Source of the DNA: an uncultured bacterium
Lineage (GTDB): Bacteria; Acidobacteriota; Thermoanaerobaculia; Multivoradales; JAHZIX01
Reading direction: 5' to 3'
Length of the DNA stretch: 17,617 nt
Assembly: GCA_965368975.1 (NCBI GenBank)
Contig: CBDUPA010000044.1
Location: 1 to 17,617 of the forward strand
The notes under the pieces are model-generated. The model was not told the origin of the DNA and ran no database searches. It worked only from the letters and a program-made list of their open reading frames with translations. A program made the translations under genes and the position numbers. Of this stretch, positions 1-8,143 are shown in pieces (position 1 is the stretch's first letter; each line of letters starts with the position of its first letter).

Positions 1-471
1 ACCGCCGCTACCGCCGCTACCGCCGCTACCGCTGCCACCGCCGCCGTAGTTGCTGCCACCGCCACCGCCGTAGCCGCCACCACCACCGCCACCACCGCCG
101 TATCCACCGCCGCCGCCGTATCCACCGCCGCCTCCGCTATCGCCGCGTCCACCGAGCATCTGGAAGTTGTCGCACACGACCTCGGTGCGGTACTTCTTTT
201 CACCCGAATTCTGGTCGTCCCAAGAACGGGTCTGCAGGCGACCTTCAATGAACACCTGCTTGCCCTTGGTCAGGTACTGGCCGGCGATCTCGGCCTGACG
301 TCCCCAGCACACGATGTTGTGCCACTCGGTCTGTTCCTGGCGGTTCCCGTCGCGGTCGCGCCATTTACGGCTGGTGGCGACCGAAAAACTGGCGACGGTC
401 TGTCCGGAGTTGGTGTTGCGCACCTCCGGGTCACGCCCCAGGTTACCGATGAGGAAGACTTTATTCACCAT
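1..471 (-). CDS. ssb: Single-stranded DNA-binding protein (3' end runs off window)
   Basis: Not in ORF track. Manual reverse translation from ATG at 471: [18 protein letters not shown]...[13 protein letters not shown], followed by a Gly-rich linker. AGGAG RBS upstream (ctcct, 482-486 on +). Confidence 0.97.
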   Translation of the reverse strand, partial: MVNKVFLIGNLGRDPEVRNTNSGQTVASFSVATSRKWRDRDGNRQEQTEWHNIVCWGRQAEIAGQYLTKGKQVFIEGRLQTRSWDDQNSGEKKYRTEVVCDNFQMLGGRGDSGGGGGYGGGGGYGGGGGGGGGYGGGGGSNYGGGGSGSGGSGGSGG

Positions 472-632
472 GGCTATTGAGCTCCTATCTGTCTAGCGTC
501 TTGAAGGGAAAAGGTATCACAGGGGCGCCGCGGCGCAGCCGGTATAGTGTCTGTACGGGAGGGGACGAGTGTCCGCCATGCAGGTACGGGATTCTGCTCC
601 AGCCGGCCGAGGCCGGCCGTTACGGAGGTGAC

Positions 633-1073
633 ATGCGGTTGGTGATTCAGCGGGTGAGTCGTGCGGCGGTGCATGTCGACGGCGCCGTGGTCGGCGAGAT
701 CGGGCGAGGCTTGATGGTCCTGGCGGCGGTGGAGACGGGGGACGGCGAGGCGCAGGTGCGGGCTGCTGCCGACAAATTGCCGAAGCTGCGCCTGTTTCCG
801 GACGAGGCGGGACGTATGAACCGCAATCTGGAGGCCGCGGGCGGTGCCATCCTGCTGGTGTCGCAGTTCACGCTCGCTGGACAGCCCTTGGCCAAGGGGT
901 TGCGACCCTCGTTCGTCGGTGCCGCCGAGCCCGAGGAGGCCGAGCGCCGCTTCGACGCGTTGGTGGCCCGGCTGCGCGAGGCTGGACACGACGTCGAAAC
1001 CGGCCGCTTTGGCGCTCACATGGACGTCGAGCTGGTCAATGACGGCCCGGTGACGTTTGTGCTCGACTTCTGA
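633..1073 (+). CDS. dtd: D-aminoacyl-tRNA deacylase
   Basis: MRLVIQRV start with GGAGGTG RBS; SQFTL and NDGPVT (Gly-cisPro) motifs. Start is 633 rather than 477. Confidence 0.96.
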   Translation: MRLVIQRVSRAAVHVDGAVVGEIGRGLMVLAAVETGDGEAQVRAAADKLPKLRLFPDEAGRMNRNLEAAGGAILLVSQFTLAGQPLAKGLRPSFVGAAEPEEAERRFDALVARLREAGHDVETGRFGAHMDVELVNDGPVTFVLDF

Positions 1074-1116
1074 GCTGCGTGCCCTCTAGAGCGCACGCCT
1101 GAGCTGCTGCAGGCCC

Positions 1117-1383
1117 TCAGAGTTCCCGCAGGCCCTTTCCTGGCTTGAAGCGCACCGTACGGCCGGGGGCGATGGGAGCCTCTACACCGGTCTTCGGGTT
1201 GCGGCCGACGCCGCGCTTGCGCTCGCGTACCTGGAACACGCCGAACCCGCGCAGCTCGATGCGCTCACCACGGGCCAGGGCCTGCTTCATGGAGTCGATG
1301 ATGGTTTCCACCGCTTGGGCTGCCTGAGTTCTCGAGATGTCGGAAGTCTCGATGACTCTGTCGATGAGGTCCGCTTTGATCAT
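1117..1383 (-). CDS. HU/IHF family DNA-binding protein
   Basis: ELRGFGVF and GRNPKTG motifs, 88 aa; HU vs IHF subunit not resolved. Confidence 0.95.
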   Translation of the reverse strand: MIKADLIDRVIETSDISRTQAAQAVETIIDSMKQALARGERIELRGFGVFQVRERKRGVGRNPKTGVEAPIAPGRTVRFKPGKGLREL

Positions 1384-1451
1384 GCTGGTCTGGTGATACT
1401 AGTTGCAGTTAATTCTGGCTATTCATTGAAATGACGAACAGATGGTTGGGA

Positions 1452-1480
1452 ATTATAGGCAGCCACGTATGGCTTGTAAA
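1452..1480 (-). promoter_or_regulatory. sigma70 promoter of HU/IHF gene
   Basis: Minus strand TTTACA-17 bp-TATAAT, near consensus. Confidence 0.8.
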
Positions 1481-1735
1481 GGTGGACGCCCCGGGAGAGG
1501 GCCTGCTATCCTGCTTCTCGCCCATCGGCGCGTCCTGCGCCTCCCGCCACTCGACGACCCACCAGCCACCCCGGAGGTCCAAAGACCACTCATGATCCAA
1601 CCCGGAACGCGTCAACCCGGAACAAGCTGTTCCGTTCTGAGCCATCCCGCTTCGGACCTGCCGAGACTTTGTGGGTTCAGCGCTTCGCTGTGTAGGTTCA
1701 GCGTTTCGCTGTCGCTCGGGTCCCTGCGGCGTGCG

Positions 1736-3778
1736 TTGACTATACCTCCCTCGGTAGCCCTGCTTCTAGCTCTAGCCATTCTGTGTCCGAGCCTCGAAGC
1801 GCGCGCACAATCCGACGCGCGAGACACCACCTCGCGAGACACCACCTCGCGAGACACTGCGGCGGCAGCGCAGCCGGACACGGCGCGCGAAAAAGGGGCC
1901 TACATCTTCGCGCTGGCCAAGGTGCTGGCGGATGAAGGCTCGTATCGCGAGGCCCTGCAGGCGTTCGAAGAGGCGGTGCTGCACCTGCCGGCCGATCCCT
2001 ACGTGCGTACCGAGTACGCGGAATTCCTCGTGCACCTGGCGGAGCTGGCGCGCGCGCCTCTGTACCGGCAGCAGCACTTGCGTCAGGCCGTCGAGCAGGT
2101 CGAAGAGGCGCGTCGACTGGCACCTGAGAACCTGGAAGTGTTGCGCGTCGTCGGCGACACCTATCTGACGTTGGCGGAGTTCGACCCCAGCCGCGAGGAC
2201 GCCCTCGACAAGGCACAGAGCACCCTCGAGACGATTCGCGAAGGCTGGTCGCGCGACACGCAGAGCCGCCTGTCGTTGGGTCAGATCTACATGTACCGCG
2301 GTCGTCCTGAAGCCGCCGCCGACGTCTACCGCGAGGTGGTCAGCGAGATTCCCGGCAACCGCCGCGTGCAGGCCATGCTGGTCGATGCTCTGCTGCGCTC
2401 CGGGCAGACCGCGGAAGCGAAGGAAGAACTGGCGCGCTCGCTGACCGAACACCCGGACGCTGCCGACGTACGCCTACAGCTGGCTGAGATGCAGGCCCAG
2501 GCCGGTGACGCTGGCGGTGCGGTCGAAACGCTCGAGGCTGGCGGCGACGAGGTCTTGTCGCGCCCCGAAGTGCAGCGCTTCCTTGCCTTCCAACGCTACC
2601 TGGCCGGTGACCTCGAAGGCGCGCTGGCGTCGACAGACGTGGTGCTGAAGGCCAGCGAAGAGGCTGCCGGTCCGGTCGACTCTGCTCTCGCTCGGCTGCG
2701 CTCGGTGATCCTGGCGTCGCTGGGTCGTAACGAAGAAGCCATCGACCAGCTGCAGCGGCTGCTGGCGGAGGATCCAGAGGATATCGAGATCTCGGTGACG
2801 CTGAGCGAAGTGCTGCAGCGTCAAGGCCGGGTCGACGACGCGGTCGTGGTGCTACAGGAGCTGATCGGTCGCTTGAGTGAAGGCGGTCAGCCGTCCACCA
2901 CCTACCCGGTACGCCTCCAGCTGGCAGAGCTCCTGCTCGACCACCAGCGCTGGAGTGACGTCGAACGCGTGTTGCAGCCCATGCTGAACGAGCTGTCGCC
3001 CGACGCGGCACAGGTGGGGGACTTGCGTCTAGGCGCCGAGTTGCTGCTCGCCGAGGCGCTCGTGCAGCAAGAGCGCGGCGAAGAAGCTCTGACCCTGCTC
3101 GAGAACGGTTCCCGCGACCAACCCGCCAATGTCGCCAAGCGCGCCGAGTTGCTGCTGCGCCTCGAACGCTCCGAAGAGGGTGTCGCGCTGCTGCGCGGGC
3201 TCGTCGAGGGCGGCGATCAGCGCGCCGTCGTGCCAGCGGTGTTGGTCTACCAACGCCTGGAGCGCAACGCCGACGCGATCGAGCTACTGGAGACCGCGCG
3301 CAAGACCTGGCCGCAGTCTCCCGAGGTCCTGTTCCTGCTCGGCGCCGCCTACGAGACCGACGACCGGTACGAGGACGCCGCTACGGCTTTCCAGGCCCTG
3401 CTGGAGATCGACCCCGAGCACGAGGATGCTCTCAATTACCTGGGCTACATGTGGGCCGAGCGCGGTGAGAAGCTCGAGCAAGCGCTCGACCTGATCCAGC
3501 GTGCCGTGGCTCGCCGTCCAGACAGCGGAGCTTTCGTCGATTCGTTGGGCTGGGTCTACTATCAGCTCGGCCGCTACGCCGAGGCACTCGAACAGCTCGA
3601 GCGCGCCGCGCAGCTGCAGCCGGGCGATGCCGTGATCTTCGAACACCTGGGCGACACGTACCGTGCCTTGGGGCAGGACGCACAAGCTCGCGACGCCTAC
3701 CGCCGCGCCCTGGAGCTGGAAGACGAAGAGAACGTCGACGCCGTGCGCGAGAAGCTGCGCGAGGTCGGTGGCGAGTAG
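1736..3778 (+). CDS. Exported tetratricopeptide-repeat protein (type usually found upstream of lolB)
   Basis: Many TPRs; C-terminal ALNYLGYMWAERG...FVDSLGWVYYQLG...EHLGD motif; signal-peptide-like VALLLALAILCPSLEARA-Q. Start uncertain: the ORF is open from 1442, but that overlaps the HU promoter, so TTG 1736 is preferred. Confidence 0.85.
   Translation: MTIPPSVALLLALAILCPSLEARAQSDARDTTSRDTTSRDTAAAAQPDTAREKGAYIFALAKVLADEGSYREALQAFEEAVLHLPADPYVRTEYAEFLVHLAELARAPLYRQQHLRQAVEQVEEARRLAPENLEVLRVVGDTYLTLAEFDPSREDALDKAQSTLETIREGWSRDTQSRLSLGQIYMYRGRPEAAADVYREVVSEIPGNRRVQAMLVDALLRSGQTAEAKEELARSLTEHPDAADVRLQLAEMQAQAGDAGGAVETLEAGGDEVLSRPEVQRFLAFQRYLAGDLEGALASTDVVLKASEEAAGPVDSALARLRSVILASLGRNEEAIDQLQRLLAEDPEDIEISVTLSEVLQRQGRVDDAVVVLQELIGRLSEGGQPSTTYPVRLQLAELLLDHQRWSDVERVLQPMLNELSPDAAQVGDLRLGAELLLAEALVQQERGEEALTLLENGSRDQPANVAKRAELLLRLERSEEGVALLRGLVEGGDQRAVVPAVLVYQRLERNADAIELLETARKTWPQSPEVLFLLGAAYETDDRYEDAATAFQALLEIDPEHEDALNYLGYMWAERGEKLEQALDLIQRAVARRPDSGAFVDSLGWVYYQLGRYAEALEQLERAAQLQPGDAVIFEHLGDTYRALGQDAQARDAYRRALELEDEENVDAVREKLREVGGE
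1818..1857 (+). repeat. 15-bp tandem repeat CGCGAGACACCACCT, about 2.7 copies (RDTTS)
   Basis: Seen directly, just after the predicted signal peptide. Confidence 0.9.
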
Positions 3779-3822
3779 CCGGCGGGGGGAGTCAGGGCGG
3801 CAACCGGGCGATTCGAGGGTAT

Positions 3823-3851
3823 TTGGTCGCCCTGTGACGCTGGGCTATGCT
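3823..3851 (+). promoter_or_regulatory. Putative sigma70 promoter giving a leaderless transcript of the tandem XRE gene
   Basis: TTGGTC-17 bp-TATGCT, ATG 7 nt after the -10 box, no Shine-Dalgarno. Confidence 0.55.
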
Positions 3852-3857
3852 TGATAA

Positions 3858-4541
3858 ATGGAGCCCTTCCCGCAGCGAATCGGCGCCGCGCTGCAGCGGC
3901 TGCGCAAGGTTCGGGGTGTCTCGCCCAGCGAACTGACGCGGCGTTGTGGTGTCGAGGCATCGACTCTCGCCGCCTATGAGAGTGGGCGCCGAGGTATGCA
4001 GACGGACACCTTGGGGCGGCTTCTTGATGCCATCGGTGCCAACCTGTGTGATCTTCACACGGTCCTCAGCGTCCAGTTGTCTCGCCCTGCAGACCTGCCG
4101 ACCGGGTCGGCCCTTGCCGGCCTCACGGCAGTTTCCGAAGGTGGTTCTGGCGCCTCCTCGCTGATCGGCGATTCCGAGGCCTTGGGCTTGGCACTGCAGC
4201 TGATGCGCGAGCGGCGGCGTTTGGACATCGGCGAGGTGGCGGACCGTCTCGGCGTCGAGCCAGCGACGGCCTGGGGGTACGAAGCCGGCAAGGCGCTACG
4301 CCTGTCGACGCTCGATCGCCTCTTCGCCACTTACGGCGCTAACTTCCTGGATCTGCACGCCAACCTAGTCGTCGCGCAGTTCCTGCGCGCCTGGAAGCAG
4401 GGCGTCGCCGCGGGCCAGGCCGAGCACCTGCGTGCCGCGCTTCTGTGTCTTGGTCTACCGCACCCCGGCACGGTGTCCGAGGGCGTCGGCATTCGCGATC
4501 TACGCGTCCTACGCAGCCGCCTGGTCGATCAAGCTCCCTGA
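3858..4541 (+). CDS. Transcriptional regulator with two tandem XRE/cI-type HTH domains
   Basis: IGAALQRLRKVRGVS..STLAAYESGRR..TLGRLLDAIGANLCDLH and LGLALQLMRERRRL..TAWGYEAGK..TLDRLFATYGANFLDLH. Confidence 0.85.
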   Translation: MEPFPQRIGAALQRLRKVRGVSPSELTRRCGVEASTLAAYESGRRGMQTDTLGRLLDAIGANLCDLHTVLSVQLSRPADLPTGSALAGLTAVSEGGSGASSLIGDSEALGLALQLMRERRRLDIGEVADRLGVEPATAWGYEAGKALRLSTLDRLFATYGANFLDLHANLVVAQFLRAWKQGVAAGQAEHLRAALLCLGLPHPGTVSEGVGIRDLRVLRSRLVDQAP

Positions 4542-4567
4542 GTCGATCCGCCCACTTCCAGCACTCG

Positions 4568-5005
4568 TCAGGCGTCGTTGCCGGCCTTCCAGGTCCGGGT
4601 CCAATGCTCTTGGCGTACTCGCAGGGCCAGGTCGGCCAGATCCTCGGGCAGGCCGAACAGGCACAGGCACAGCCCCGCGGCTTGCTGCAACTCTTCCAGG
4701 CACGCCGGCGCTACGGTGCCCTCGACCACCGCCGCCAACCGCCGCAGCCGTGCGGCCTCGTGGCTGCGCTGCATCTGCTGCGCCAGGGCGAGTAGCGGCA
4801 CCCCCAGGGCCGACGTCAAGTCGTCGAGCCACAGAGACGAGCGTCGGGTCAGGCCTCGGCCTCGCTCCAGCTGGCGTAGCTCGTCGGGCGTCAACCCCGC
4901 CGCACTGGCGACCTGTTCGATCGCCAGGCCACGCTGGGTTCGCAAGACCCGGACAGCTTGACCGAAGTGTCTTTCCGGTTCTTGGGCAACATCACTTTCG
5001 CGCAT
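4568..5005 (-). CDS. XRE-family HTH regulator with C-terminal extension
   Basis: FGQAVRVLRTQRGLAIEQVASAAGLT..LRQLERG..LTSALGV; GAGGTG RBS. Confidence 0.85.
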   Translation of the reverse strand: MRESDVAQEPERHFGQAVRVLRTQRGLAIEQVASAAGLTPDELRQLERGRGLTRRSSLWLDDLTSALGVPLLALAQQMQRSHEAARLRRLAAVVEGTVAPACLEELQQAAGLCLCLFGLPEDLADLALRVRQEHWTRTWKAGNDA

Positions 5006-5036
5006 GGATCACCTCGGATCTGGGGCAGTTCAGCAG

Positions 5037-5066
5037 AGTGTATTGAGCATTAGGCTTATTCGTCAA
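5037..5066 (-). promoter_or_regulatory. sigma70 promoter of the second XRE gene
   Basis: Minus strand TTGACG-18 bp-TACACT in an AT-rich divergent intergenic region. Confidence 0.6.
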
Positions 5067-5165
5067 GTCAATGTACGGAGACTGGGGGGCGATGGTCTCG
5101 CGATATACTTGGTGGTCTATTAAATGTCGCAGGGCTGGTTCGAGACACTCTTCCGGAGGGACACA

Positions 5166-6392
5166 ATGACGACAGTTAGCTCCTCAGGTTCTCGAGTTCG
5201 AGCACTTCCTCTGCGGCTTGTGGCGGAATTGATGCAATTCGAGACGGAGGACGGCCAGCGGTTGGCCGACTACCTGCACGTTCTGCAGCGCTCTGAAGTG
5301 TTCGCAGAGCCACTCGCAGAATTGCAGCGTCTGCAGCTGCGCTTTTGCCATCCGCGATTGACGAGCCTCGCCAAGGAGATAGAGGTTGTTGAAGATCAGT
5401 TGGCCAGGGTTCTCGCGGAACCAGAACTCGTTGAGGCCTACGCGGACGCGGATGTCTTGGCCCCTCTGCGTTCATGGACGCTCGCCATGCGGCTGTGTGA
5501 GGTTTGTGTGGAGATTACGGCTCGGGAACCGAAACGCGGTCTCGCCATTTCTCGTGCTGCCAGGGCGTTGGCTCAGCGCGTTGGATCGCTCTATCTCGAC
5601 GATGAGCGGTGGCAACTCGAAGCCCTCACTTGGGCGCACGAGGCCAATTCACATCGGGTTCCCGGTGATCTCGAGGCAGCCGGAGAGTGCTTTGCTCAAT
5701 TAGCTGGTTTGGTCCCTGAGGCCGGGTATGAACTGCCGGGTATCTGGGCGGAGATCTGCTGGATCGAGGGCTCTCTGCTGCGGGATCGGCGCGAGTTCGA
5801 TGCGGCTCGACGCGCGTTGTCCAAGTCGTTGCTGCTAGCGCAGAAGAGTGGTCGAAATGCTGTGCACGCAGGAGCGTTACTCAATCTGGCAAGCCTCGAC
5901 TGCGAAGCGGGTGACCACACAGAAGCCGTTGCCAAGACTGAGCGAGTGTTGGGCCTCCTGGATCCCGAGACCTATCCTCGCTGGTATGCACTGGCGGCCG
6001 CCAATCTTGCTGCCTACCTGAATCTCGGTGGGAGACCAGACATAGCTCTTCAGCAGCTTGCCCGCTATCGGGACGACATTCGAACACACGGTAGCACCGC
6101 AGATCAGTTGCGCACAGTGTGGAGTGAAGCGGCAACTTTGCGGAGCCTCGGGCGATCTTCTGAAGCGATGGTCAGGTACGATCAGGCGCGCAGGGGTTTC
6201 TTGCAACTGGAGCGCGGCTACGACGCTGCTCTCATAGCCTTGGAACTCGCTGACATCCACATCGAGCTGGGGCACACTGCGGAAGTTCAGCGCTTGGCGA
6301 GTGAGATCCTTCTTGTCTTCGAGGGAGCGGGCATAGATCGCGAGGCTGGTGTCACCAGGGCACTTCTGCGTCGGGTGACGGGCACCGGATAA
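5166..6392 (+). CDS. Cytoplasmic TPR-like alpha-helical protein, function unknown
   Basis: TPR-like helices (AHEANSHRVPGDLEAA, GSLLRDRREFDAA, ALLNLASL..GDHTEA, LRSLGRSSEA, GYDAALIALELA). ATG 5166 has a GGAGG RBS; alternative start 5124. Confidence 0.8.
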   Translation: MTTVSSSGSRVRALPLRLVAELMQFETEDGQRLADYLHVLQRSEVFAEPLAELQRLQLRFCHPRLTSLAKEIEVVEDQLARVLAEPELVEAYADADVLAPLRSWTLAMRLCEVCVEITAREPKRGLAISRAARALAQRVGSLYLDDERWQLEALTWAHEANSHRVPGDLEAAGECFAQLAGLVPEAGYELPGIWAEICWIEGSLLRDRREFDAARRALSKSLLLAQKSGRNAVHAGALLNLASLDCEAGDHTEAVAKTERVLGLLDPETYPRWYALAAANLAAYLNLGGRPDIALQQLARYRDDIRTHGSTADQLRTVWSEAATLRSLGRSSEAMVRYDQARRGFLQLERGYDAALIALELADIHIELGHTAEVQRLASEILLVFEGAGIDREAGVTRALLRRVTGTG

Positions 6393-6527
6393 CTGACGCT
6401 CTTCCAGCTTCGCCGCTGGCTGGGACGTTTGGGTGCTTGACGCTTGCCGGGAGTGCCACGCCAACTCTTAGCAATGTTAGGCTAGGGTCTCTACCTCGAC
6501 GCGGAGGCCACCATCACGACGCACACT

Positions 6528-7490
6528 TTGCCGCACCCCAGCTTGACCCCCGATCCGAGCTTGACCACCAGCCCAGTCCACCGCCGGAACGATGGGGCAG
6601 CCGATGCGGTCCGTAGATTCTGCATCGCGGCGCTGGTTCTTTCGCTCGTCGGCCTGTCTTGGGTACCGGTGCTGGCACAAGATCTCGACTTCACCAAACT
6701 CGTCGATGGTCATCCCATGGGAAGCGACCCCATCGAAGTGACGCCACCGCCTTCCTTGTTGGCGCCGTGGGAAGTGCCGCCGGACGAGCTGTACTCGCAG
6801 CGGTTGTTCCGCATGGAGTTGGAGTCCGGTGAGCGCTCTGGCAGCTTGCGACTGACGCTGCGACTGGCGGAGCCGGACCAGTTCCTGCTGACGGCGGTGG
6901 ATCCGCTGGGGCGGCGTCTGTGGACCTTGCAGGTGTCCGGATCGCGCACCGTGTGGTTGGACCACCGGCGCGAAACGGTTTGTCGCGGGGACGATGCGCC
7001 ACCGCCGTTCCTCGGTGGCCTGACCGTGGCCGGTCTACCGGCGGTGTTGCTCGGGCGGCTTCCGGAGCGACCGGGGGATGCGCAGGCGGTGCAGTGGTGG
7101 CAACTCGAGGGTGGACAGCGGCAGCTGCGCTATGCCGACGATGGCGGACGTCTGTGGACGGCGCGTGTCGGGACCGAAGGCGAGCTGCGCACCTGGAGCT
7201 CCCAGCTCGATCCGCAGCTGTTGGATGGTTTGGAGATCGAGGACAAAGACGGCCAGGACGACATCGTCCGCTGGCAGCAGGAGGGCGCTGGTGCGACGCT
7301 GCGCGATCCACAGCACCAGCTCGAAGCACGCTGGCGCGAGACGTTGCGCGAGCCGTTGGAGCCCGGCACAGTTCTGGAGCCACTGGTCGCTGGCGACTAT
7401 CGAGAGATCGTCTGTGGTTTTGACCGGCGGGCGCTGGATGACGATACCCTGAGCGGGTTGCTACCCGAGGACGCGCCACGCGGCCGCTGA
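6528..7490 (+). CDS. Exported LolB/LolA-fold-like protein
   Basis: Signal peptide (CIAALVLSLVGLSWVPVLA-QD), beta-rich, 'DPLGRRLWTL' and 'LLGRLP' resemble LolB-like proteins; syntenic position fits. Start uncertain. Confidence 0.55.
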   Translation: MPHPSLTPDPSLTTSPVHRRNDGAADAVRRFCIAALVLSLVGLSWVPVLAQDLDFTKLVDGHPMGSDPIEVTPPPSLLAPWEVPPDELYSQRLFRMELESGERSGSLRLTLRLAEPDQFLLTAVDPLGRRLWTLQVSGSRTVWLDHRRETVCRGDDAPPPFLGGLTVAGLPAVLLGRLPERPGDAQAVQWWQLEGGQRQLRYADDGGRLWTARVGTEGELRTWSSQLDPQLLDGLEIEDKDGQDDIVRWQQEGAGATLRDPQHQLEARWRETLREPLEPGTVLEPLVAGDYREIVCGFDRRALDDDTLSGLLPEDAPRGR

Positions 7491-7513
7491 CGGCGGCGAG
7501 CTAGAAGAGTCGA

Positions 7514-7543
7514 TTGACAAGCTCCGCGGGCTGCATCTACGAT
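7514..7543 (+). promoter_or_regulatory. sigma70 promoter upstream of spoVG
   Basis: TTGACA-18 bp-TACGAT; a second candidate TTGCAC-18 bp-TAGCTT at 7585-7614. Confidence 0.65.
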
Positions 7544-7646
7544 AGGAGAGCTTCGCGTGCGAAGCCGGGTACGCGTTTGCGCCCTTGCACCTGCCTGCTC
7601 GTACCTGCTAGCTTTGGCGACCCGTGGGGTGGCGGAGGGTCAGACG

Positions 7647-8039
7647 ATGGAAATCACTGAGGTCAAGGTCTTTCTGGTAGATGAGGAGAAGCTGAAGGCT
7701 TTTGTCTCCATCGTCCTTGACCAGTGCTTCATGGTCAATGACATCAAGGTCATCCAAGGACGGGATGGGCTGTTCATCAGCATGCCCAGTCGCAAGAAGA
7801 AGAACGGCGAGTTCAAGGATGTCGCACACCCGCTGAACAACGACACGCGCAGACGCATTGAGGTGCGCATTCTGGACGAGTACCGGCGAGTTCTACACGG
7901 TGAACCCGAGCGGCCGCCGGTGGAACCGAGAATCTCGCCGGTTGATCCGGAGCAGCCGGCACCGGTGGAAGACGCGGAACAAACCCTGGAAGAAGTGGAA
8001 GAAATGCACCTCAAGGATTCCTTCTGGACGATGCCGTGA
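7647..8039 (+). CDS. spoVG: SpoVG family nucleic-acid-binding protein
   Basis: MEITEVKV..LKAF..DIKVIQG..GLFISMPSRK...GEFKDVAHPLN; GGAGGG RBS. Confidence 0.95.
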   Translation: MEITEVKVFLVDEEKLKAFVSIVLDQCFMVNDIKVIQGRDGLFISMPSRKKKNGEFKDVAHPLNNDTRRRIEVRILDEYRRVLHGEPERPPVEPRISPVDPEQPAPVEDAEQTLEEVEEMHLKDSFWTMP

Positions 8040-8143
8040 GACGGCGGCCTGCGCGTGGAATGCGAGTTGCTCGCGCGACGCCGTGGTCTTGCTGGCTCCC
8101 GGAAGGGAACTGCTGAGGGGAATCGCTGAAATCGGACAAATGC

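Noticed and set aside
1-150. CCG/ACC-rich repeats as possible CRISPR or satellite
   Set aside because: They are Gly codons of the ssb linker; no repeat-spacer structure
1400-1432. IHF binding site in the HU/IHF leader
   Set aside because: TTTCAA-N4-TAG has two mismatches to WATCAANNNNTTR; too weak to call
1442-1735. N-terminal extension of the exported TPR ORF
   Set aside because: Overlaps the HU promoter and precedes the signal peptide; probably untranslated
3779-6527. Prophage or IS identity for the cassette
   Set aside because: No integrase, transposase, att repeats or phage genes visible
6393-6527. Small signalling-peptide ORF downstream of the cassette TPR
   Set aside because: No convincing short ORF with RBS and signal peptide found by eye
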